DNA of 64,000 nucleotides from Tubiluchus corallicola. Its lineage: Eukaryota > Animalia > Priapulida. The notes beneath the pieces were generated by a model. It saw nothing but the letters and a program-made list of their open reading frames with translations. It did not search any database and was not told the origin of the DNA. The DNA lies in the NCBI GenBank assembly GCA_030141605.1, contig JAQGDQ010000009.1, forward strand, positions 1,302,001 through 1,366,000, in the 5' to 3' direction. The position numbers were made by a program, and so were the translations under genes. Of the stretch, positions 36,001 through 48,519 are shown piece by piece (position 1 is the first letter of the stretch; the number at the start of each line of letters is the position of its first letter).

Positions 36001-39000
36001 CAAACACGTTTCATATAAGCAGCTGCTCTATTAGCATATAACACAGCACCCTCCGGAGCACACTGAAGTGCTTGATTATACAGTGATATAGATAAAGAGT
36101 AATCATGCTTATCAAACACACTATTAGCCTGCTGTTTGAGGAGGTCGGCTTTTGCAGGGAGTTTACTACATGGCCTGTAAAGGAAAAATTGTAAACACAA
36201 TTTAACAATGCCAGCATTAGTGTGAAAAATGTGTTACTATTTATGAAACTAGAAACAGCTCTCTATAAAAATGAGAATACACAAATAACACTTTTGTGTC
36301 AATAGTTTGCTAAGATGCATTGTTTTATTATCGCAAGATCCCATTGAATATTTAATGAAAATTTTGATGTTTAGGTCTTCCATTCACTTCTGAAACCTTG
36401 ATCTCAGGAGAAATATAGGTGGCACAAAACAATGTTTGCATGTTTCGATTATGATATTATAACAAGAAAAGTAACGGAATTTCTTTAAAATTACCAAACT
36501 GATGCCGCAAGTACTTCTCTACAAACAATAAAATATTTTATGCCATTTCCTTACATTTTTCCAAAGATATAGAAGTTTTAAATCAACAAGTCAAAAAAAA
36601 TGTTGGAAAAAAATTGTCACTATTGTCATAATTTAACATCAAGTGCTCTATGTATCCACCATTTTCAATGCAAACCAGATGAAGACATTTCTTTCTTGAA
36701 TGGGTATTTGATCAGAGCTTCTAATATTATTGCAGTCTAAACTCTGGCACATTTTTTGCGCCACCCGATACAATACTGCGAATCATCACTGACACCTACA
36801 GGATTTTTCAAATCTTGAACACAATAGTGTTGCCGTTACCAATGTGTATAAAGTTAGTTACTAGGTACGTATATTACTAATTTAGTATACTATTAATACT
36901 GTTACTAACGTATGTTATTTATTTCGAACAGGTGACATTTACATACTAATACAAATAAATGTTACCTTTTGCTTGATTTGCTCTTATCCTGTGAATCAAT
37001 GAAAGCCATGGTGGTAGCTATATGACGAGAAACACCATTAGATGGCAAACACACACCATTAGTTGTACCATTTCTGTAACCATTTGTCTGACTACAGTCT
37101 GTATATGAAAATAAATACATTTAATTCAGCGCAACGAAAAAACCTAGTGCATTTTACTACTCTCACTTGGCCATAAGTATTCAAAAAGTGGGAGCTACTG
37201 AAGTTTTGTATAGATATGGCTGATCAAATTGCAAATCTTCACGCTTGCTACTCGTTTTAAGATTGCATAAATTTGGAACATTAAGATTAGTTACGTTAGA
37301 AAATAATGCTTCTTTCCAAGGAGAGGAGGTGATAAGTCACTAGTACAACAGGAGTCTGGTGTTTGCTGGAAAACGGTGGTACACGTGGCGGAGGCATGCA
37401 GTCAAAAAATGACAATAAAGCTGATGATACAGTACAGCAAAAGTTGCAGTAATCTGTAGTGCGTAGTATTATCTGTGGCAGTAACAACTTTTTTTCTTAA
37501 AATATTCCTTTACACCAGCCACAGTATAAACCGTTTGGCAGAAATTTCAAGCATAGAAGAGTTAATAAAACAGACATCAACACATTACAAATAATACCTT
37601 TAAAAACATCACCAGAAGCCTTGATGGGTAAATCAAAATTAGTTGGAGGTCTTCTTCGGTTGATATCAAACAAGTAAATCTGTTCACCACCCAGATTAGC
37701 AAGCAGTTCAGCACCACTGGGTGAAAATGTGACGTACGTCGCAGCTAAAGTCCGAGCACGCCTTCTAAATTCTTGCTGTTTTATTGGAAGATGACCTTAT
37801 GACAGAAAATTACATTAGAATTAAAAGAATTTTAAGAATATTCATTTAAAAACATCATTAAATTGAATAAAACAAGTTGGATACCAGCTGAAAATCTACA
37901 GTAGTCCCAAGCCATTCTAGTGGCTGCTAATAATGTCTATTACTTCACTGTCATGCATCATTGTGGTTGTTTTGGAATGCAGACATAATCAAAAATTGCT
38001 GTGCATGGTGTCTATACTGCTAAACATTCTGCAGGAATAGTTCCAAACTATCTATGATAGATTCTTGATATTTTGTTATAATGTATAATCATTATAAACA
38101 ATGTATCAGTTATTGCGCACCATGTATAATCATTGTAAAGAATGTATCAGTTATTGCGCACCATGTATAATCATTATGAACAATGTATCAGTTATTGCGC
38201 ACCATGTATAATCATTATAAACAATGTATCAGGTATCAAATGCATGAACCAGATATATAAATTGAAATGTAATTATAAAAACAATATTTTTGCACAATGT
38301 TCTATGGAAGCAACCACTTTCACTACAGTCTAGAATCTCTCTTCTTTATTCAGCAAGTCTAAAATGTAACCCACTCCCATTACTGCTCACCTGCAACAAA
38401 ATACGTAACACATCCGTCTGGCAAGCTAAACTCATCCCTGTCCATAGATATATTTGCCAAATGATTGTGTCGCTCCCATGGCGACCGTATACCATGGTGT
38501 AGTTCAGGTAGCTTTATTGGACGAGTTTTCAACATACGTCTGTCGTACAAGCGTATGTACGGGTCATTGGCACCAATGGCTAGTTGCTCGGGTTGGGTTG
38601 GATTAATGGCAATGCATTTTACTTCAGCACTGGATCCAACATGAGCGTTCAAGTTTATTAGCACAGTATTACACACTGAATCACACTGGTGCGGCTGTCT
38701 GAGGTCAAACTGCCTGTAATTTAAATAACATAGTGACACTGAGATGCAAAAAATGCCAAGATGGAGTATCTGATACCAAAGATGACACACTCAAACCCAG
38801 ACTACCAAACCAGAACGTTAGAAATGTTTGACATTTGAAAGCACGTTTTACCTTGGAGGTTTATTCTAGACTGGTTAAGCATAGGGTTCAGTTTTCATCA
38901 GAACACAGTCAATGCAACGAAAAATTTCAAAAACGTTACCAAAAATGAAGGCACTGCTCTAAATGCTTGAAACTAGACTGTTTTTTAACAATTTACAAAC

Positions 39001-42000
39001 ATTTAACAATTACTAAATAATTAATAATTAAGTTCTTAATTATTTATAAGTAAGCGATCCACTTTTACACTAAAACGACAAAAACACAGATCTGACAAGT
39101 CGAAGAACGGTTTTATTAAATTTTTGTGCACATTGATATTTCTAAATTTAGGAGAATTTTTAACAATAATGGCTTCCTAGTGATGGAGCGATCAGCATTT
39201 TTGGGTAATAAGCCGATCACGAGCACTACTATTCAACGATATCAACTGATCACAATTTGGAAACACACGTAAATATTGACTTTAAAAATGATTTTTTAAC
39301 TGTGTTGTCTTATCAGTTGTTTTATGTGTCAAAAGGTATTACCTATAAAATTCCATTCACAAAACTTTATCATTCATTTGTAATAATTTATTTGATTTTT
39401 AGAAATCTAATAAGTCTTATAACAAGTCACTTAACAGTGAAGTGAAATAAAAATCAAATGTATTAACGGAACTTTGAAGCATTTCTATGCCAGCAGGCAA
39501 CAATTGTCACTTCCCTGAGCAAAGAAACAAAGACGAATTAAATTCCACAAATGCACAAAGTTTTTAGCTAAGACACAGAAAGCTAAGTAAGTAGCACTAC
39601 AAAACAAAGTGAAAGATTAAAACTCAGCAGCAGAACTGAATTGCTCAATCTGCTGCGTGTGTTTAGCAGGTGCCCTTTGAGCATGGGATCTCTTCGGGAA
39701 GGTAACTGAACAAAATACGTTGGCCATAACATCTTACAGTGTAGCATTTTTTATGATGTGATCAGCTTATTAGTTTACCGAAACCTATCAATAAACAGGA
39801 CAATCCGATCAGAACTTGTTCACAGATCAACGATCGCAACCAAACACCACTGTTGCTTCAATGATCTCTGGTCACTAATCATCTAGGCCCTTCACTACAA
39901 TCTACTCAAAGACCCATAAGATCTGGTGATAAATGTATAAATTCGCAACCAAAGAAACGTAGATAAATTCAGTTCAAGTCTCATGTTTTTCAAATAATTA
40001 ATAGTTATTTAAAAAGGCAAAATTAAATATAGCAAATTCGAAAACACTCTGGCTTACATGACTGTGCCATCCTCGGCTGCACTCCAAAACATGAATGGCA
40101 CATTACCGGCTACGGCTAACCTCTTTACCCGCCCACTGTGACAGCTAAACACGTGAGTAGTTTCTTTATTCGTCACATTATGAATACGCACTTTGGTGTC
40201 GGCAGCACCACTAATTATAGTGCCATCGTTAGAATTTGGTAAAAACTGGAACAGAAAGAACAGTTAGAATGGCATCACAGTTACAGCAAAATTTTTAAAA
40301 TGTTTTGAGCACTGCAGTTTAGAATCGAGCACTCAATGGCAGGGATGTAGATGCTTGTGGCAGAACAGGAATCTAGCTAGTTATTAAGAACAATCCTCAA
40401 GTATAAAACACTCAGCGCTGAGCCAGCAAAAGCATAGTAACAACGTTCGCATATACAAATCACACATGTCAATGAGATAAATGGCTGAATACAGCAAGGT
40501 AGATGAAACCGCCCTGCTCGTCAGGCTTAACGCTGTTTAACTTCACACTTAATGCGAGTACTCAGTTACATAATGAAGGTAAGTTACCAGTGGAAGGTAA
40601 CAACTGGGGCTAAATCAAGTAAATATTTTTATCTTTAGGTTCAAGGTTGCAGTCACTTGTATGGATACGAACGTCAAAAGATCAAAAATCAACATTCTTT
40701 CACAAACTGGCAAACGTTCTTGGTTTTGCAGAAATTCTAATAACACAGAAAACAGCTGAAACGAACATTGTTTCAACAAACAACAAAGTCGGTACTGGCA
40801 CCAGTGGAAACAAGAACACTGCGCAAGTTCAAAATCAGCGCATGTGCCTAGAGCGGTAAGTGTTCTTGCTGCTTGCGTCTTAGCGGTTAGAAATAAAAAT
40901 GAAAACGTAAGGCCAAAACAAACATTACAAAGGAAAAATGATAATTTGGGAATCAATATTTTTCTGAAATGATGTGCTTTTCTGTTGTTGTGAAAGATCT
41001 ACACTGCTTACCATCTTGATAAAAGAGATTGAAATAGCAAGTTCTTTATTGAAAAAAAAACACAGCAACGTAAAACAAGCATAACGCATAATAAGTAAGA
41101 GCACATTCTTTTAAGAAATGAGTGTGAACAGTATAATAAGGTATTATGATTATTAGCACAAGCCATCTCTACCTTAACAGAAAAAATGTTGCCTTCGTGG
41201 CCTGAGTCAAGACTACAGAGTTCCCTGTAACCAAATGGATCCCAAACAATGATCTTTGTATCATCTGATCCACTAACCAGCAGGGTACCAGATTCATTCC
41301 ATTCTAGACAATTAACACAACCCTGATGACCCTATAATATCCAAAAAATAAGAATAGCATTAATTATGCAAAACTATACAGACTCTGAAATCCCTGATTA
41401 ATGGTCTCTTAAAGCAATCATTAAACTAAACTGCAAGTACGATATGATTCTACATATACTGTCATTGCCTGTTACACGCTGTAAGCTACAATTTCAGTTG
41501 CTAGCTGCTGTGATTTGTGTATTCTTCTGTTAGTTTAAAGCAGCCACTAACACTTGTCACTTGATTTTATTAAACACTATCTAACATAGGAAACATCTAA
41601 CATAGAATAAACATGGGTAAACCAACAAACTTTATCTCTGATAAAGCACTTAAATAAATCCTCGAAACAAAAACTGTTTGTCATACCAGCAGCTCTTTTT
41701 CTAGGCCTAATCGATTAGCAAAGCTTTCAGTCACGTGAAGAAGTCTCCGAGCACTCACTGCATTTTTCTCCTGAAATAACACAATTTCTAAACTGTAAAG
41801 CAGAACAGTTGGAACTAAAATCCAAAACACTTAAGTTATGCAAAAAGTTAGTGAATTACGATACATGACAAATCGCTTTTATATGGATTGCAGAACAGGC
41901 CTGTCAAGAAAGCGATACAATTACTAAATGCTGATAAATAATCAAGAAAACCTCAAATTAAGTGACAAACACACAGTCTAAGTAGTTAGGCCTATGACCA

Positions 42001-42225
42001 TTTGCTCCACACAATATAAATAAAAAATAATAATAAAATTATCTAACTTTTAAACATTCAACAACAAATAGCGCAAACTTTCTGTTTAGTGAAACACAAA
42101 TTATATGACTAACTTTCTGACAAGAAACTAAACAAACTGTTTAAGACTGTAAAAGATTCATGTTAAAAAGAAAACCTTACACTTAACTGGCGTCCTGCTT
42201 GTAGCTTGACTATATTGGACTCCAT
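33028..42225 (-). CDS. WDTC1: WD and tetratricopeptide repeats protein 1 (adipose/DCAF9), CRL4 substrate receptor; about 699 aa
   Basis: Phase-consistent exons (minus strand): 42225-42181, 41770-41687, 41331-41173, 40245-40058, 38713-38391, 37795-37598, 37098-36966, 36174-36001, 35341-35203, 34998-34902, 34564-34384, 33837-33645, 33213-33028. Signatures: RLGLEKELLGHQGCVNCLEWNESGTLLVSGSDD, HSGRVKRLA, GANDPYIRLYDRR, TPR LYANRAAAYMKRVWDGDLYAALRDC, GHCNTTTDIKEANFFGS, NQKRMNADPLEVMLMNMGY, C-terminal VQCHPS. Confidence 0.96.
36414..36771. mobile_element. Tc1/mariner-type MITE
   Basis: TATAGGTGGCACAAAACAATG ... CATTTTTTGCGCCACCCGATA imperfect inverted termini. Confidence 0.55.
38082..38232. repeat. 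41-bp minisatellite, about 3.7 copies
   Basis: Unit TGTATAATCATTATAAACAATGTATCAGTTATTGCGCACCA at 38082, 38123, 38164 and 38205 (partial). Confidence 0.92.
39178..39877. mobile_element. Possible hAT-like MITE
   Basis: TAGTGATGG ... GGTCACTA termini with clustered subterminal CGATC/GATCA motifs at both ends. Confidence 0.4.
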
Positions 42226-42491
42226 TAGGATATGCAATTCAAATGCTGTGTTAATGTGTGATCTCCACAGATAAACTTTATGCAGGTAACAAACTGGAGA
42301 TCTCAGTGTGAATGATCACAGCATTACTGTTTTGCTTTATCAACAAGCAACATCAACACTTGCATGGCTTCTGGCTTCTTGCTTAAAAACGAAAAACAAC
42401 AAGACCATAAATGTGAGCAAAATTTAAATAAAAAAGTTCAATTTCATTGTGATGTAACTGGGTGATCAATAATAATGAACTGTTATGACAT

Positions 42492-43251
42492 TGTAGGGAG
42501 CCGAGTTGACCACTGAGCCAAGTAGACCACTTCCGGTAAAACCGATGCGCTAAAAGTAGTGTCCTACATGGGCAGCCCAAGTAGGACACTAGCGATTTTT
42601 GTCGAGAATCGGTAATGTTGTCAAATTTTTGAAAATTCTGTGAAAGTTTCTTCATTTTATTAAAAATTGTGCTTGCTGGTTGGTAAAAAACTCGTTGGTA
42701 AAACAGTAATTTTTAACATTTAAGAAAAGCAAGGATAATTAGTTTTAATATTATCAGTAGTATTGTAACATGTAGGTCACTGTCCTACATGGCTCGCTAG
42801 CCCATGTAGGACACATAGATCGCTAGAACATTTACTTATAAGAAAACAATTATTTGCCCAAGAGGTAGTGAAACGGATCACCTGTTTGTGAAGTGAGACA
42901 AAATCAAAAATGATATACCTTAGACAAATGTTGAATTCGTAAAAAAGTGGGTTTTTTTCACTTCAACAACATTAATATCGAAACCAAATTTAATATTGTC
43001 CATTCTACCAGCTCAGAATAAAATTCTTTGATTTTATTAGATGTATAATAAATTATTCAACGTGTAATAACGTTTTTAATTATTATTATTACATAAACAA
43101 GCACAACGGACGGTGTCAGTACACTTAACGACTCAATTCGCGACCTGTCTCTAGTGTCCTACTTGGGCAGTCTACTTGGGCTAGCTCATGTAGACCACGG
43201 TTGGTCTACCAATTGGTCTACTTGGCACAGTGGTCCACTCGGCTCCCAACA
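42492..43251. mobile_element. Non-autonomous Ginger-like DNA transposon (TGT...ACA, 4-bp TSD)
   Basis: TIRs of about 35 bp, TGT(A/T)GGGAGCCGAGT(T/G)GACCACTG(A/T)GCCAAGTAGACCA; ACAT duplicated at 42488-42491 and 43252-43255; internal TGTCCTAC/GTAGGACA palindromic modules. Confidence 0.75.
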
Positions 43252-44289
43252 ACATCTAATTTGACAAGTGTGAAAAACCTTGAGTTTTTCTAGTATTTTT
43301 TTAGTAACTGAGAATAGGTTTCAACAATAGAAAAATGATTTTTTTAAATCAGTGGTCTTCTTAAGGCTTAACGACATGATAAAAGCCAATTGAGATTGAC
43401 AAAAACTAACAAATGCAATTTAGATTTGGTTAGCATTTTTTCACAACACGAATCTAGCAGAATTTTAAAATGACTCTCCTTTGATCTCACTGCATTGCAT
43501 GACTTGTCTTCAGATAGATATTATAAAATTAAATATATGCAAAGTTCACAAATATGTGTGGTAGTTCATAATTACGAAAGTAGTATTCATAATCTAGGCC
43601 GTAGTCGGGTCAAACTTTTACCGAGGTAAGTAGTTTAGGTGCAGACCAGCCTGCGACTGTAACTGCGACTGAACATATTAAACATTAGACCAATGACAAA
43701 CAAATTTTGACGCATCATCATGGCTATGCAGTCTGCGATGTGATTTTTCGATGCAGATAAAGTCCTGAATGTAAACATGAAAAGCGCACACCACATCATA
43801 CAGACTGTATGCCATATAGCACAAAATGTTTTCTTTCTTGTAAAATCGTAAAATGCACGAGGAAGAGAACAAATAATTGTGAAAAATTACCAAAAATAAA
43901 GTTCAGCAGACTGATTACTGTTGCTATTAAAGAATGTAAACTAGCTCTTTGATTCACGAGACGTGGTTGTCGAGTTTGACGTATTTGTTGATTCGTTGCA
44001 CTCTAGTGCCCTATTACTGCATGTAAAGTATATGGCTAGCGCTACAGCAGCGCCTTTCCGTACATATCATTCAGATAGTCTTAATAATCACAAATTGAAT
44101 CGAAATCGAATGCACAAATCTTTGGTTATATAATACACAATATTATTAACTTGCACACTGACAGCTCATGCAGAATCGTTCTGTCAATGTGTAAAACAGT
44201 ATTTGTGGTTTTCACTGTGCCCACTGTATTTGACTAACAGATCTATTAACTCCTTCAAATGTAGAGAAAATGGGAAAGCTATCAATCAC

Positions 44290-44904
44290 AGACTTCTTCT
44301 TTTAACTTCTTTGTTTGGTCATTTTTTGCAGACTAAGTGCAAATCCTCTTGATTTTCTCATCTCTATTGCTATTTTCATATAATTAATTACTTCATATAA
44401 ACTTCTGATTTCGTCAGATTTAATGGTGTTTCCGTTTAAAATTTTATTTTTTGGCAATATTTTTCTCGTTCACGTTCCAACACATTCTCTGTAGTATCAG
44501 CCTCTTTCTTACATATTGGACATTTTAAATCTTCTTTGAAACAATTAACTTTTATAATTACATTAAAATTTTAATCTTCAACATATTCAGCTTAACTTAA
44601 AATGCCTCTCTCACCTCTTCTAGCTTCATTAGATTCACATACTTTTTAACCTTTCCTTCGCCCATCTCCATAACTTGAAAAGCCAAGTTTTGTTTTTGTA
44701 CATATCTTTTCTTGCATTCTTTGTTTAATACACTGATATATTTTATTTTTCATCAACTTTTTCCATACAAATTTTTTTATTTCTTTAACTTCTTCACACT
44801 CAGCAAAAGTACTTTGATTTTCTATTTCTTTGATTTTTTCTACCAAACTCAAATTAAGTTATAAAGCGACACTACTTTCCCTTAGTGCATTTTTTCTACA
44901 TTGA

Positions 44905-44996
<92 letters not shown>

Positions 44997-45445
44997 GCAC
45001 GCACACACACACGCACACACGCACACACACCAAGTTCTATTAATAATTCCTAATAACTTGTAGTCATTTTTCTTGAAGCCTATTAAAATCTCCTTCTTAA
45101 CTTTTTCCATGCTGTGAATCCCGCCTTCTTCTTACCACTTCTGTGTCGTAAATTATACTAGAATTACAATACTGTTAAATATGTCTAATCTTTCATCTGT
45201 AGCAAACTTCTCATCTTTATTCTTATCTTACTGGTGTAATATAATCCAATCATGTATTTGATTTTTCTTCTTTCTATTATAATGTTTATTATCCATTTGT
45301 TCCTTTTCTCCCTGAAACATTTATATTCTCTAACTTTTCTAATTTTTTTTACCCTGAATTTTTGATCCATTTTTAATTTTCTATTTTTACTACCACATAA
45401 TTTCAACCATTGCGTTATTTTGCACAAACTTTGTGTTGTCTTCAA
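44290..45445 (-). mobile_element. Possible decayed L1/Tx1-like LINE remnant interrupted by (CA)n
   Basis: Strongly purine-rich, K/I/E-rich broken frames on the minus strand including FAECEEVKEIKKFVW, reminiscent of the zf-RVT tail; weak. Confidence 0.3.
44906..45031. repeat. (CA)n microsatellite
   Basis: About 43 perfect CA units followed by CG-interrupted units. Confidence 0.97.
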
Positions 45446-45499
45446 ACTTGTACTTATAATTTATACCAGAGCTGTTTCTTGTCTTACAGTGACTAACAA

Positions 45500-45572
45500 C
45501 TGAGTGGCAGATGGCGCCACATGAATGTGAAAATTTTCGTTTCGCGTTTAGCAAGACGTGTTCAATGTAAGT
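45500..45572 (+). promoter_or_regulatory. Putative LRRK promoter/first exon with CTCF-like motif
   Basis: GGCAGATGGCGCCAC (45506-45520) matches the AGRKGGCGC CTCF core; GTAAGT donor at about 45567. Confidence 0.35.
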
Positions 45573-45746
45573 AGCTTATGTACGTACGTAAATGTACATA
45601 GTTTACCTTTTCGATTAAGTTTTTGATTGCATTGTGCATTAAAATATTTTAGCGGTGTGCAACAAGTCGTCAATTCATCACCACAACATCACTATTTATT
45701 TCCCGCTATGTCTTTACTGAGCACGGAAAATTTTACGTATGCTCAG

Positions 45747-46274
45747 CAGACCTGCCAAACAGCACTTCATATAATTAATAGTAAGTATGAAGCTTAGAGG
45801 CCCGGTCATCTCGCCCTGGCAGGAATCTAAAGTACAAGCAGAAATTTTTCCTTTTTGGGTATCAAAATCAAATTTTCAAAAAATTGAGCCAAAAAAGAAA
45901 AAGAAAGGTAATTTTTGGGTACTACTATTGAGTACTAATTAACAAGTTTTTTTTCTGCTGTTATTGCAGTTCACTGTACTTTAATTTTATATGTAAATAA
46001 TGTTTATGTTCTTTGTACGCACGAAAATAGCCCAACAGCATCCGAAAGTGCTTAGTTTTCAATAACTACAATACCCTTTAATGTAATATACACCGCAACT
46101 CGTGAACGTAGTACTGCTAATTGTGTACTGATGGCAAAGGAAGTCAGGTGATTTTGCATTATTACGTGTGAAGTTGCAGAATGTGTCAGAACTGAAATTT
46201 TATTTGTAATCCCAATGCGTAAATTACCAATGTAGAAGTATGGAAATTTTCCTGTTTACCTTTCAGCAAGTCTG
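45747..46274. mobile_element. hAT-like MITE (CAGACCTGCCA terminus), copy 2
   Basis: CAGACCTGCCAA ... CAGCAAGTCTG; internal block shared with 15290-15394. Confidence 0.5.
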
Positions 46275-46613
46275 AAGTTAACCTAAAGGCCCTATAGTAT
46301 AACCGTCAGTATAATTATATTAAAGTATTAATGTTAAATGCCTTATGCCGTAAAAACAGTACAGTATAAAATCATGTTAAGGTATATTGATACCTCTGGT
46401 GTTTAGTAATATAATGGTACCATGTGCACAAGATTTTCTTTTTCTGAGAGAAGTTATTGCAGTTGCGCAATCGGGCATGTGAATCGTGACATCACTAGTG
46501 CCAGATTCACTGACTTGCTCATTGAGTAATAACAGAACAGCATCTTTAACCAACATTTTACAGTAATATAAATGAAAATACAAATTGTTTGGGCTACAAT
46601 AGAGTTTAAAATA

Positions 46614-47779
46614 CAGTAAGTCCTTGCTTAGCAATTCCCCATTTAGCGAAAATTTGTTTTAACGATGCTGAAAATTTGACACCTTTTTCTCACTTAACGA
46701 TGCCAGTTTCATCTTAATGACAATTTTTACTTTGCTCAAAGCCACATTCTATTTTATCAACAACTTTTTTACCTAATTTGAATCATGTAAACAGTACGCA
46801 CGGGCACTAGCAGGCAGACGCACTGACGCACGTGTGTCCACAGAATTTCTTAAGAAAATTTTTCTTATGGCAGTAAACCAACCCCTTGTTTGTTTGCACA
46901 ATCCCCGAGAAGTCAGCTGATTTTGAGTAGTAGTGAAATTATGAGTCACGAGTTTGAGGTGAACTAGCCAGAGGAAATAGCTTCTAGCAACTGCAAAATG
47001 GTCTAAAATGCAGTAAAATGTGGCCAAGACCGTTGAGCTGTGTCCAGTGGAAAAAATTACAGAAAAAATTAGCATGCACGCCAACATATCAAATTTTGTA
47101 CGAACAGGTGGGCTGTAAACTTAAATCAGTTTTATGTTTGACTATTCACATTTTGCTGGATAGACAATCTTGACACTAGATAAATTAAGCTTAAGTAATT
47201 TGTCATCCGCATTGCAGTGCATTACAAACTTGCTTTTAAGATATATGACTACTACAATAGAATACAATGAATATTACCTAGGTAAATGTAGGTAAAATAT
47301 ATTTATTAATGCAGAATTTTTCAGGTTTGAGGAAGTCTATGTACCAGAATTTAGATATTTGAGGCCTCCAAAATATCCTTAAATACAGGAAAATGCGTTG
47401 GTGGCCCAGACCTCCTAGCCGCTTATGCGTCCAATTTTTTAACTTCTGGCGGCGGCCATGACAGCACACATAACATATTACATTATTCTGTTCTAAAAGT
47501 GCACTACTAATGTAAAGCAGTACAGTTATTGTATCCTTTTGCTTCCCAACTTACTGAATGTTCGGGTTTGTTTCAAGCAAGAATGCAATTTATAAGCCTC
47601 CAGGCACCTGACTGCAAACTTTATGCTTAGGAATTTTGCTTGCAACCAATTTTTGCTTAGAACATGGATCAGTTCTTTTACATTACTTTCTATCGAAGTC
47701 TTGGCTTCGTTTAACAGCATTTTGCTTAATATCACATTTTTCGTGGAACACATTATCACCGTTACGCAAGGACTTACTA
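46614..47779 (+). mobile_element. Tigger-like MITE, family B copy 2, with about 680 bp of extra internal sequence
   Basis: TA|CAGTAAGTCCTTGCTTAG ... TTACGCAAGGACTTACTA|TA; collinear with the 57359 copy except for about 46801-47480. Confidence 0.75.
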
Positions 47780-48491
47780 TATAACATTTAACTCAATTAT
47801 TGAGTTCTGACTTGTCCCTTGGTAATTTGTAGCACTGGATCTTAAAATATTGGATATTACAGCTCATAATCAATACCTGTACAGAGTATTATATGAGTAA
47901 ATTTCAAAACTATATAAACAAGCATTAAAATATTGCAGTTATTTTATAAAACTTGGAAAGTAAAATGATCAAATCTGAAGTATGTGCAATTTATCTTTTG
48001 ATTAATTTGCCACAATCTTGGAGAAAGGTCTTGAAAGCATTGGTCTTCTCTTTACTTCCCACAACATTCATTGCTTTCTTGGTTGGTGTTAGCTAAGTAT
48101 CAAAATGCTAAGAAGCTAATGTTATTATTTTATGTTTGTGTTGCATTCAAATAAATAATATGCAAGTGACTGTTGCGAAAATACAATTACTTATATCTAA
48201 AACCTAAATTAGTCTGATTGTTTAGCTTGATAACAAGTACACATGTATGCCGTTTTGAAGGCCCGAAATGCTTTGCTGCTATCATGTTTTGCAATAACAA
48301 TTTGCTGGTCAACATTCATTATTTACGTTATAATGAAGAATTGGAGTTATAGATTATACCTGGTGTATTAGCTTCAAAGATTGACTTTATTGCAATGCTG
48401 TAAGGCTAATATCTTAGAAACCGAAAACATGAACAGTGCTTTTGTTTTGTGAATGAACATATGTGCTATATGTTTGTGGTACTTGCTATAG

Positions 48492-48519
48492 GCTCAGTAC
48501 TTTAAGCTGCATTTTGAAG
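48492..48519 (+). other. Candidate 28-nt non-coding 5' UTR exon of LRRK
   Basis: TTGCTATAG|GCTCAG...TTTTGAAG|GTAAGT, upstream of a strong acceptor at 48885. Confidence 0.4.

Noticed and set aside
40615-40956. Overlapping ORFs in a WDTC1 intron
   Set aside because: Non-ATG starts, no splice support or recognisable motifs; the WDTC1 frame is complete without them.
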